From: Macrostomum lignano
Lineage: Eukaryota
Assembly: GCA_002269645.1 (NCBI GenBank)
Contig: NIVC01004009.1
Span: 836-64,835, forward strand
Direction of reading: 5' to 3'
Length of the DNA stretch: 64,000 bases
Of the stretch, positions 24,031 to 35,644 are shown one piece after another (the stretch's first letter is position 1; each line of letters opens with the position of its first letter). A model generated the notes under the pieces. It searched no databases. It had not been told where the DNA came from and worked only from the letters and a program-made list of their open reading frames with translations. A program made the position numbers and the translations under genes.

Positions 24031-25239
24031 TGCTGCCGCTTCTCTTGCTGCTGCTGCAGCTCTGCCTGTCTATGGCTTTAAGCAGCCAGGCTGCTGCTCA
24101 AGCGGTTGAGCAAATTCTCTGAGTCTGAGTTTTTTGTTTATTCATACTGAATTGTTGCATTTGCTCTGACTCTGAGTATTTACTCAGCCTCGAGAAAATG
24201 CTCCAGCTCAGAGTGCGAGCATTTGCTGATTTTATTCATACGGCCTATTGTACGCACCTGTGCATTTTTTGCACACTGTGGCACAAGCGCTCACGCCCCG
24301 ACCGGCGGAAGCGCGCAGCGAATAATAGCAAGAGGAACCACCGACAGCAGCCAGAGTAAAGCACTGCTCATCGTCAAAACTAGTCGATTTTATATCTATT
24401 AAACGACTAAACAATAATTAAATAAAGTTCCGAAGCTAAAAGCATGACAAAAACGAATCAAAGGTAAAAGCTAATATATAACATGTGTAAGTGTGGGAAA
24501 TGACATTCACCCAGAAACTGTTTTTGGAGTGGAAGCCTCAACATGTTGCGGAGTTGTCACGCGCGCTCGTAATTCGGCCATTATTCAACGGCTAGCTAAA
24601 GCTCAGGCCGAAATGAGGCTACGCCATGCGGGTGGCCGGAAAACTTTTTTTACCTTGAGGGACAGATAAATATTCTAGCTTTTGGCTGCCGGCCAGGTGT
24701 GAAAGGAAAGGAGGGAAATAGAGTAGAGATTAGATGAGAAGATACGTGTGACAAGAGGAGATGAGAGATAGAGGGACAGTTGAGATGAAATGAGATATGA
24801 GATGAGAGAATTATAGAGAGGTGATGTAACCACGCTCTGGTCGCGGGATAGGGCATGGGAACTTTTTCGAAGGTGCCTCCTATCCCGCGTACCCCCCTGC
24901 ACAGAGCTGTCGAGACTCGGCCAGGTCTCTGACCAGGCCTGGAGACTCCCGCTCTGCTGCACCCCCCTGCTGCCTTGGTTCCGTCTCCCCTGCCGCCACG
25001 CCTGCCTTTCCGGAGCTCCCTGTCCCTCTCTGTACCCTCCCCTCTACCTTATCTCCCCTGCGCCCCACCCTATTCTTCTTGCACTCTCCCTATTCCCCCC
25101 TCTTTTTGTCTCTCTCTGCACTATTTTCCTGCGCTGCCCCCTCTTTCTCTGCGTCTACTTACAGTATTTTGTGTGCTCACCGATCTCCCATCCCTTCCCA
25201 AACTCCCAAACGGTGACGCAAGTCGTGTGACCCCTTCTT

Positions 25240-26100
25240 CCCCTCGATGACTCATCGATGACTCATCCCCCCTCTTGCGCAACCTTTTCTCATGCCATTG
25301 TTCTCCTCCCCAAATTTCTCATGCGACACCCACCCCACCTCCGCTTCTATTGTTCTCGTTTTCGATTCTTTTGTTCTTTTTACCCCCACCAATTATCACA
25401 TTTTCTCCGATTTTCTCTTTCTTTTGTTCTCGTTTTCGCACCTAATTATCACATTTTCTCCAATGTTTACTTTTCCATTGTCCTCGATTCTCCCCAATTA
25501 TCCCCGATTTCCAATTCCTTTGTTCTCGACCCCAGCCCTATTGTTCTCAATGTTTGCTTGCGCAACACTTTCGCGACCACCCGCTGCGCCAATTCTCCCC
25601 CACCCCACCTCCGGATTGCGCAATTTCCCTATTTCTCATGTTGCTATGCCGGTCTCATGTTTCTCATCATGACTCATTCTGACGTCATTCGGCCGGCAGC
25701 CAATCAGAGAGAGGGAGCCATGGAAACGACCTTGGAGCGGCGGCTGGGAAGGCTATAAAAGGAGGCGGTTTTCGGCATGAGAAGACTCAACTTTTGCCCA
25801 CCTTCGGGCTCCTAGTCTTTCTTTAGACTTGCCGTCAGACTGAGTTCTGACCCATTCGTCTATAAGACGAATCCCTGCCGGTCCGCGGTCTGTTACCGCC
25901 AAGTTATCTTCAGCTCCCCGAGTGAGATCGCCTATTGGCCAGCGGTCTGATACCGCCCAGCATCATCAGCTTCGCCTGATCTACACCAGCGCCTCGTCGC
26001 CTCAGCGCATCGCCGCTTCACTGTCTGCCAGACTGCAGCCTACAGCCGCCCTCGGTCACTCCGCCTCTCTCTCTCTCTCTGTGCAGCTGCCGGTAAGTTC
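25240..26100 (+). promoter_or_regulatory. LTR-like promoter block: AP-1/CRE sites, CCAAT box, TATA box and splice donor
   Basis: TGACTCA at 25248, 25259 and 25670; TGACGTCA at 25680; CCAAT at 25700; TATAAAA at 25754; GTAAGT at 26093; internal short duplications (AATTATCACATTTTCTCC x2, CCCACCCCACCTCCG x2). Termini and TSD were not found. Confidence 0.4.
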
Positions 26101-27140
26101 CTATTACTGATTTGTGCTCTAATTGCCTTTGCTTATCCGGAGTTTGCCTATTTTTCCATTGTCTGATTAGAGAGCTGAGCCAGTTGTAATACCGTACCTT
26201 TTGCTGTATTTTTACTTAATAGTGAAGCCGCCTAACTGCCTGATTACTTGCCTAAAAGCCTAATTATTAGCTATTAACTAACCTCATCATTATTCACTCT
26301 TTCACCATCATTTCACTCATGGCTTGCTAAGCCTTTCTCCCGGGGTGGCAAAGCATAAGGAAGTTGGGTAAGCTAATGGCCTCTCCCCGTGCAAAGCCCG
26401 CCTGTGAGTGCGTGCTGCGGGGCCGCGTGTGTGTGCAGTAGAGGGATTAGCGAGTCTTGGCACAGAATGGCAGTAGGAAGGTTGCAACCCCATGCTGACG
26501 CGTCCCTTCGCCCTGAGCAATCTAAACTATAGACAGTATATGTTCGCCTCATACTACTCTTAGTAATCAAAGTCGCAAGTCAGCCTCGCTCACAGCCACA
26601 AAGGATCCCCTGCTGAGAAATCCTCCAGATTGAGCCCAGAGTTCCCGATCATGCCACAAGCAGAGTCCCTGTGCTCGGCTGCATGTGTCTCCCCTGTTAG
26701 CCTAAATCTCCTGGTAACCATCCCAGGCGGGGCTCTAGCCTCGAGAGGTCTGGTAGAAAGATCCAGGTGCGCCAGGTCACATAGAGTGGTGGCAGCCACT
26801 CGGTCATACTATGACCGAGTGACCAACTATTGCACCTTGGCTACAGGTGGGGTCCATGTGGGTCCTTGGCCCTCTGGTCACAAAGCGCTACCAAAGCTAT
26901 CAATCATGTGGGCGGGACAGTCTGGTGCTGGAGGTCCGTCAGGTCATTGCCCGGTCAAAGGCAGCCTACGGCCATTGCCCCCCTCTAGTCATGCGTTCGT
27001 CTCTCTACGGAGCGGACAGGCGACAAGAGCGGTTACATCAGAGGGAAGAAGAGGAAAGGGAGAGAAAGGGAAAAATCTTCTAACCCCAAAGAGCAGACGC
27101 GACAACGCAGATATTTAAGCGAGGAGGAAGTTCCTCAGGG

Positions 27141-27499
27141 AAAGGGGGGCCGTAGCCCAGCGGTAGCGCAGCTGCTCTGGTGTGCCAGCCACCCAGGCTC
27201 GATTCCAAGTGCAGCCACATTAATTTGGGGCTGAATTGGAATCTCGGCTTGGCTCTGCTCGTGCAATTAACGGCCTTGAGAGCCAACCCCCCAAGGCGCA
27301 GAGAAGTATACATGCCTAACGATAATATAAAGTTAGGGCCGCTGTACACTCCTGTGTGAGTGTGTGCCTGCGTACGTATCCGCGCGCTTCTGTTCCTGCT
27401 CAGGGGAGTCGTCGGAATGGGCAGTAATGCCTCTCGCCGGTTGTGTGCCTATGTCGCTTAAAGTGCGCCAGTGTGCACACAACCCCCTGCCTCTAAAAA
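27141..27499 (+). mobile_element. tRNA-derived SINE with 13-bp target-site duplication
   Basis: Head GGGGCCGTAGCCCAGCGG (A box) and GGCTCGATTCC (B box); short A tail; AAGTTCCTCAGGG at both 27128-27140 and 27500-27512. Confidence 0.85.
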
Positions 27500-28051
27500 A
27501 AGTTCCTCAGGGCTAATAAGAAAGAAAAGAGAAGATGAGAGAGATGTGAGGGGAGAAGAGAAGAGAAAAGGAGAAAATAGAACTGAGAAGAGACACAGAC
27601 CTTGAGCGGGCCGGATTGCTATGGTGAAGTTTCAAAGGACCCGAGGGCCGGATGGAGAGCCTGGAGTTTGGCGACCGCAGTTCTACGCAAACTACTGCTG
27701 ACAAGTAGACGGTACCGGCTTGTTTCGCTCGTTTGCAGCAAATTGTTGCATTTGGACAAATGAAACTACGAGCGTAATGACATGCATTCAATTGTCAAAA
27801 GGATGTAGTTGTTTATTTGTTCTTGAGAGCAAAGCTACATATAATATATATATAAGTAGGCAAAATAAGAACGGGAACAGTAATTTTTACGTGAATATAT
27901 TGTTAGAGTGACACGACACCATGTGCGAAAACTTTCTGTAGCCATTCGAAAATTTTGCAATAATCAGATTAACGTGATGTAAAATTCTGGCGTTTTAAAA
28001 TTTATAAACGTTTTGCCGATTAAAACTTATGAAGCTTGGTACAATCTTTAG

Positions 28052-28550
28052 GGCTGTAGCCTACCTGAGTGTAGCCTACCTGAGTGTAGCCTACCTGAGT
28101 GTAGCCTACCTGAGTGTAGCCTACCTGAGTGTAGCCTACTTGAGTGTAGCCTACCTGAGTGTAGCCTACCTGAGTGTAGCCTACCTGAGTGTAGCCTACC
28201 TGAGTGTAGCCTACCTGAGTGTAGCCTACCTGAGTGTAGCCTACCTGAGTGTAGCCTACTTGAGTGTAGCCTACCTGAGTGTAGCCTACCTGAGTGTAGC
28301 CTACCTGAGTGTAGCCTACCTGAGTGTAGCCTACCTGAGTGTAGCCTACTTGAGTGTAGCCTACCTGAGTGTAGCCTACCTGAGTGTAGCCTACCTGAGT
28401 GTAGCCTACCTGAGTGTAGCCTACCTGAGTGTAGCCTACTTGAGTGTAGCCTACCTGAGTGTAGCCTACCTGAGTGTAGCCTACCTGAGTGTAGCCTACT
28501 TGAGTGTAGCCTACCTGAGTGTAGCCTACCTGAGTGTAGCCTACCTGAGT
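28052..28550. repeat. 15-bp tandem repeat, ~33 copies
   Basis: Unit GTAGCCTACCTGAGT with an occasional C>T variant. Confidence 0.97.
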
Positions 28551-29291
28551 ACAGATAAGGCAAACACTCAAAAAACAAAGAACTACAAATATTGACATGG
28601 CGATTAAATTCGCTTATCAGTGGTTCAATCAGCGCAACAAAATAACAAAAAATCTCCCAATTCTTCTAGTGTGGGGTCGGTCAGTCCTGATTCAGAAAGC
28701 GATGATTGGACATTTCCAAACGGGTCATTGCAAGAAAATGGCAATATGAGCGGGCTTCTAAATAGTGAGAAGTTTAGTAGAACTGAAAATATATAGTCCA
28801 ATTAATGTACCAACTACTTATTCTAGAAGAAAAAAACATGCAATTAAGCATCGCAACAAACAGTTTACAGTAGTATATAAACATAGAGAGGCGTTATAAA
28901 TATTGAGTAAGTAGGAGGAAACGGCCATTTCATGCAGGCATGCTACACCACCAACCTAAACCTTAAGCTGGTAGAGCGTGCACTAAAAATTTGTGGCTGG
29001 ATAAAATTAGACTTGAGAATTATGGGGATCAGGATGCGATAAATCAGCGAATGCAGCACATCAGCTGAGCTGCGGGAAAAATAATACCAAATACTCAAAC
29101 TCTTCATGGAGTACGATTGTAATATTTTGAGTTCATCCCTATTGGCCCAGAACTGATAAATAAGCAAGATTTAAGCAAGACAGAGCCAAACAGTCTGATA
29201 TTAGCTCTAAATCAGTAAAATTTCTACTGCAGAAATCTCCCAGAGTGAGTGTCGTACTCCGGAACCATCACCATTTTCAGCGTAAAGCAGC

Positions 29292-30207
29292 TCAGTTGAA
29301 AATCAGGCACTCAAACTTCTTCATCGAGTACGACAAAACAAGTGCGCTAGCAGATCCAGATGCATGAAGAAAGTAATAGATTCCCTGTGTGTTAATATTG
29401 GGACACACTTGGTAGACTCCGTTCAGCTCCATGAATGCGCACACGCCGTACCACCACCCAGCGGACCGGTGTTGTGCGCAGCTGTCTCCACTCCAGTTGT
29501 CATTGTCGGAGTCCGGAGTGCTGAACTGCCAGTTGTTTGGAGAGTAGTTCGTATCAGGAAGCTGTCCGACACTCGACCTGCTCGCGTCCAGAGGTCCCAT
29601 CGAACACCTGTACTTGTCGCTCGCTGGGCCAACAGAGAACGGAGCATTCTCAGCCCAGTACCAGGTGCCGTTCCAGTCGCTGAACTCCCAGCGAACTCTC
29701 CACACTCCAGTGGCGGTGAGCTGGTGGAGCTGCTCCAGTCCCATCCAGTAGTTGAGACTCTCGCCCTGACCGAATCCGCTCGTGTAGTCCGCCCAGTTCC
29801 GGTTGAAGCTGTGCTGGAAGGTCGTCCAGCACTTCACCGGCTTCCTTATCTGCAATGGGCGATTTCATGCACGCATATTGAAGCGGTGCTGAAAAGTGCA
29901 GAAGCCGCAAAGCAAAGCCCAGATCACTCACCCACAGCTGAGGCAGGCTGGAGTCGCTGGCGTGGCGGCACTTCCTGCAGGCGTCCATCGCTCCCCGATC
30001 GCAGGCCAGCAGCGAGCAGGAGCCCGAGGCCGCGTCGAAGCGGACGGCATCCGCGTTCTCAGCAACCGTTGTACAGTGAATGTCGCTGATGGCCAGCTTC
30101 ACCGCCAGCACCCGGTACTCGGCGAGGTCGCCTCTGTGGATCTCCCAGCCGGAGTCTGCGGCAACAGCAGTTGTCATGACAGCGCAGATGATTAGCAGAG
30201 AATGCAT
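29292..30207 (-). CDS. Secreted fibrinogen-related (FReD) protein with PAN-like N-terminus; exons 30207-29932 and 29849-29292, ~277 aa
   Basis: Signal peptide MHSLLIICAVMTTAVAA; 82-nt phase-0 intron GTGAGT...TTGCAG; FNRNWADY..GFG...YWMGLEQLHQLT, FSTPDSDND, GWWY..C....LNG.Y. Confidence 0.85.
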
Positions 30208-30547
30208 TGTGCCGTGAGACAGCAGTTGTTTGAGATTCCGCAGTTTTGCTCCGTGTGTTGGCATCCCCGGAGGCTGCGCTTTGATAACTCGAGTTTGGAG
30301 GTGACTGAGTTTTGTTTATTTACAACTGCTTGGCAACAATGAGCGCACAAGCGGATGAGGAAAGAGAATTGAGACGTCAATTTTTACTACTCAGTGTACA
30401 GTTAGCGGAACGGCTGGAGGACAAAAGCAGGAGACACAGCAATTGCAGACGATTATATTCGCTAATGTAAGCAATTGGCTAATGAAGCGAGAAAAACTAG
30501 AAATTGTGATTACGAGTAATGGAGGCTAAAAGCAGAATAAAAAACGC

Positions 30548-30888
30548 AAGAATCGCCTTCTAATCGTCCTAAGAATCGCCCCAAATCGTCCTAAGAATCG
30601 CCCCTAAACCTTCCTAAGAATCGCCTTCTAATCGTCCTGAGAAGCTCCCTCAAATCGTCCTAAGAATCGCCTTCTAATCGTCCTGAGAAGCTCCCTCAAA
30701 TCGTCTTAAGAATCGCCTTCTAATCGTCCTGAGAAGCTCCCTCAAATCGTCCTAAGAATCGCCTTCTAATCGTCCTGAGAAGCTCCCTCAAATCGTCTTA
30801 AGAATCGCCTTCTAATCGTCCTGAGAAGCTCCCTCAAATCGTCCTAAGAATCGCCTTCTAATCGTCCTAAGAATCGCCTTTAAATCGT
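30548..30888. repeat. 46-bp repeat built from two alternating 23-bp subunits
   Basis: TAAGAATCGCCTTCTAATCGTCC alternating with TGAGAAGCTCCCTCAAATCGTCC. Confidence 0.9.
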
Positions 30889-31810
<922 letters not shown>

Positions 31811-32545
31811 AGAGGAACGCACATCCAATCCCAGGCGCTGACACGGTGAAAGGACTGATAAAAGTCAATTTACTTCGAAATAGTTAATGTTACCGATATT
31901 TCGAGTAAGGTTACTCTTCGTCAGGGCAGTACTCATATTCGAGTATAGTTTATTTGCGCGAATTGCTGTCAAAATATTTAAAGGCGATAACGTTGGGGAG
32001 GAAAATCGATAAAGAGAGAGGTAGAGAGAGAGAGAGAAGAGAGGTCACGGCGTGTTTACAAAATAATTAATTTAGTATGGGCTAACGGTTTCGAGCCTTT
32101 GGGCTCTTCGTCAGGCCAAAAATCAGTGTTTCATGCAGTGCAAGTTGGTCTTTTAAGTATTAGTTTTCTCAGTCTAATAAAATCGCTGAGCTGCTGTACA
32201 TATGAGGGGTGTACATTTAAACTGGGTTCATTCTAGCTCTAACTTGTCCCAGAGGCTTTCAACCGGTCAGTTTAAGCGACGGTATATTTAGTATATTAAA
32301 AAATTGTTTTTTCGAAGTTACGATTAAATAAAATGCGGTATTGAGGGTGGGAGCATAAAAATCGACATTTGTGCGTACAGTCAAGCAGTTTGAATAAAAT
32401 ACACGACAAAGTGAATAAATATTGTAGTTCTATAGGTAAAAAGAGCGCATTGGTTAAAACGATTCAATGGTTTCCTGGCTGGACGCTGGACGATCCGTTG
32501 GAAATAGACCCAGATCTCAACCTTCTTCCATTTCCGATTGAAAAC

Positions 32546-33652
32546 ATGGCGCGAAGGAATCCTGCCGTCCATCGAGACATTAAAGAGACAGTTGGGTCTT
32601 ACACTATGGACAAAGATTTTGCGACCTTCATTGACCACTTTGATTTGGTATCAAGAGAATATGGATTACAAAATCCAGAAAAGGCGCTACTCCTCCCTCC
32701 ATTGCTACAAGGCACAGCCCGAGAAATTTATGGAAAATTAGATGCAGCTACACAACGAGATTACCATGCCATGATCACCCAACTTCGAACACAGTTCGCA
32801 CGATGCGGAACCAATCGATCGGTGTTGTTACATAAATTACATAACCGGAAAATGACACCCACGGAATCATTCCTCACCTTTGTCGATGATATTCGACAAA
32901 TCATCAAAGCCTTGCATCAACAGCAACCGCAACCAGCAGCAGCAGCTCAACCCCTTGGACCAGCAGAAGTGGCTGCTAGAGAAAGACAACGGCTTGCAGA
33001 TCAAAAGCAAAGTCTAATTCTTAATGTCATTAACAATGCTCAACCTGCCTTGCGAGATAGACTCCTGCGAGAAACAATTGAGACAGAAGAACAGTTACTC
33101 CGCTGTGGAATGCAGTGGGAGGCAAGCGCACCTCTTCTGGCTAACCGCACTAGTGACACCGCACAATTAGCAGAACAATTAAGCAAGCTTATGCAACAAC
33201 ACCAAGCCGCAGCAATTGCAATGCGCCCGCCACAAAGCAACCCTCGAAACGTTACTTGTCACAATTGTGGAAGAGTAGGTCATTACTACAGAGATTGCCG
33301 CCAAAACTTGCGTCAGAATCAACCACGAAATTATTCCGGTGGAAACAGACGAGACAACTGGTCCCGCTATCCAAACCAACAATATCCATCAAACAGAAAT
33401 CGGATGAATAATCGACCACCACCATGGCGGGATAACTTACAACCTTACAACTCACGCCGACCCGCTCCACCAAGGCAGCCAACGCAGGTGCATAGACAGT
33501 ACACACAGGCCATTGAACCACAGGCCAGTGAACAACAGGCTATCGAACCAAAATTTTCGGTAGAAGAATTAACACCAGATTTCAGTATCAACGTACGTGA
33601 TACTCTCTTTGAAGATACCGACTACATGTTACCATCTCCAACGGTGCAATAA
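32546..33652 (+). CDS. gag: Ty3/Gypsy Gag
   Basis: Retrotrans_gag-like F..FIDHF...KALLLP.LLQGTAREIY...ESFLTFVDDI and CCHC knuckle CHNCGRVGHYYRDC. Confidence 0.9.
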   Translation: MARRNPAVHRDIKETVGSYTMDKDFATFIDHFDLVSREYGLQNPEKALLLPPLLQGTAREIYGKLDAATQRDYHAMITQLRTQFARCGTNRSVLLHKLHNRKMTPTESFLTFVDDIRQIIKALHQQQPQPAAAAQPLGPAEVAARERQRLADQKQSLILNVINNAQPALRDRLLRETIETEEQLLRCGMQWEASAPLLANRTSDTAQLAEQLSKLMQQHQAAAIAMRPPQSNPRNVTCHNCGRVGHYYRDCRQNLRQNQPRNYSGGNRRDNWSRYPNQQYPSNRNRMNNRPPPWRDNLQPYNSRRPAPPRQPTQVHRQYTQAIEPQASEQQAIEPKFSVEELTPDFSINVRDTLFEDTDYMLPSPTVQ

Positions 33653-35640
33653 TCCGAACCGGAATACGAGAATCTTGCTACAATTCTTAATGCTGAAAAA
33701 CGGAAACGGACAAACAAAGGTGTGAACACTCAACCGTTCCACTTCTCACGTAACCGATTCACTCAAACAGAAGATAACACCTACGTTACGATGAATGTCG
33801 GAGAACTGCATCAACAGACTTCTTCTACGCCGACTCGACCAGAATTCATGGGTACCTTTCGAAGACACCCTACAGCGTGTCACCCACCAGCGTATCAGGA
33901 ACCTTTAACACCTGTACCCCACTCAAGAAAATGGTTCTTCCGTCCACAAGACATCACTCCATCTGAAGAACCAGAAAACGACTACGAGGAACTGGACGAA
34001 ACCACGATCACAAGTCACTCCAACAAGAAAGGAGAACAAGAAGAAAGTATGCCGATGCCGAAGAAGAGCAAGAAGAGACACCCTCTAATGAAATGGCTAT
34101 TTGCGATGATCCTTTTCGTCCTGCTACCACTGGTAACTTCAACTTCAGTACCAATGATTTGTCCTACAGACGCTACCATCCAGCCGGTCATCTACAAAAT
34201 TCCTACGGAAATCAAATGCAGTTATTTTAAGACGAATCAAACAAAGCCGCTACCGCTTACAATCGACATCTACAAAGCGAATACAAAGAAGCATCGACAG
34301 ATGGGAATTGTGTGCTTTAGAGACAAAGACGAACTCGAAAAGATTTGGTTGGTACAATGGAACCGAATCAGATATTGGCAAACATCGATGAAGGTATCAC
34401 ATGAAGAATGCCTCCAGTGGAACCAAACCCTGTTTTCCAAAGACGGTGAATTGAAGCTCCACGACACGTCAGCAAACGGAGCGCAACTATTCCGCACCAA
34501 CAACGTAGCCGAAGGAAGATATGTGCACTACCACGCAGCACGATGGCCTCTGTATACTGTCTACAACAGCTATCTGATTCGAAACGTCTTGTTCTACCAC
34601 AATCCTTTCGAAAACATGGAATCCTTGCAACTACCGCTTGACCAATGCCACTACAGCTCAGGATATTGTGCTACTCCTAACTACAACAAAGAGAAAGCTC
34701 AAAACTTACCGCTAGCTCCGAATTATTTCCATGACTATCGATACCAAATCGAGTACAGATCGGATTCTCGATACAAGGAACCGAGTCGAACTCGCAAATA
34801 TTTCATCGCATGGGAAGTCAAACTGAAATTGACTGCAAACTACAGAAATACCATACTGTTCAGGGAAAACTGCTATCTAACATCTTCCTTGCCGATTCTG
34901 GAGATCTAGCTCTTACCTTTCCAAAGCAACCAAGCTATACACAACTGAAATGCAAGGAAAACAATGAACAACTAATTCTATCTGACCAAGAAATACCAAT
35001 TGCACTGAAGGACATGGACAAGAATGTATTTTTGAAGGTGATAAATGGTACCTATCCAAGAGAAGAAACCTTGGAAAGACAAAAGCGAAACTTGCCCAAA
35101 CCTTCGTTAGTATCAGCACGACTTCTGGCAGCAAAACTAGCCGCCATGGAACACACAAACTGCACAAGCAACTGAACTATCTGCATCGCTCCATGGTCAA
35201 ACTGACATGTCGAATGCACGAGACCAGTCTAAACTACGCGCGACAGAACTACTACGTCAACCCTACGACCACCTTCAGGAAAATCACAGGAATTGAAGAT
35301 GTCCTCGCCGTTCCGGTTTATGGATACTTGCTAATCTACAAGTGTACTCCGATCCATCACTTTAACATCTTGTCATCAAACACGTCAACAACTTGCTACG
35401 ACAAACCGCGGATTGAAGCCTTCTACAATGGAAAGCGAATTCGAGGATTTTTGGATACGGTCCACAACATCATTGTCGGAACTGCCATCCCACGACCATG
35501 TACCAATTCGGCCAACTATTTCAACGTGAACGATCTACTACATCAAATTTCGCCAACAGGAGACATCAAGAACATCTCGAAATCACAAGCCATTGTTGAT
35601 GAAATTTACGAAATGTCGGATCTTCAACTGAAGTTTAATA
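33653..35640 (+). pseudogene. env: env-like glycoprotein between gag and pol, broken by two frameshifts (~34810 and ~35180) and lacking a TM anchor
   Basis: In frame with gag across one TAA. Internal signal-like stretch WLFAMILFVLLPLVTS (~34094) followed by MICPT...IKC, GIVC...VSHEEC; furin-like RQKR at 35077-35088; NPTTTFRKI...LLIYKC. This cysteine pattern recalls class III (chuvirus/rhabdovirus/gB-type) env ORFs of invertebrate LTR elements. Confidence 0.65.
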
Positions 35641-35644
35641 GAAC

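Noticed and set aside
27146-27215. Standalone tRNA gene (also 6085-6152 and 1165-1230)
   Set aside because: A and B boxes are present, but they lack a complete cloverleaf and run into SINE bodies; the 27.1-kb copy has a TSD.
27940-28030. GKTFINFKTPE on the minus strand as the missing RRM1 exon of copy B
   Set aside because: It looks like RNP1, but an in-frame stop follows soon after and I could not link it by splice sites.
28020-28598. ORFs of repeated QVGYT / VAYLS / HSGRL
   Set aside because: Translations of the 15-bp tandem repeat in several frames.
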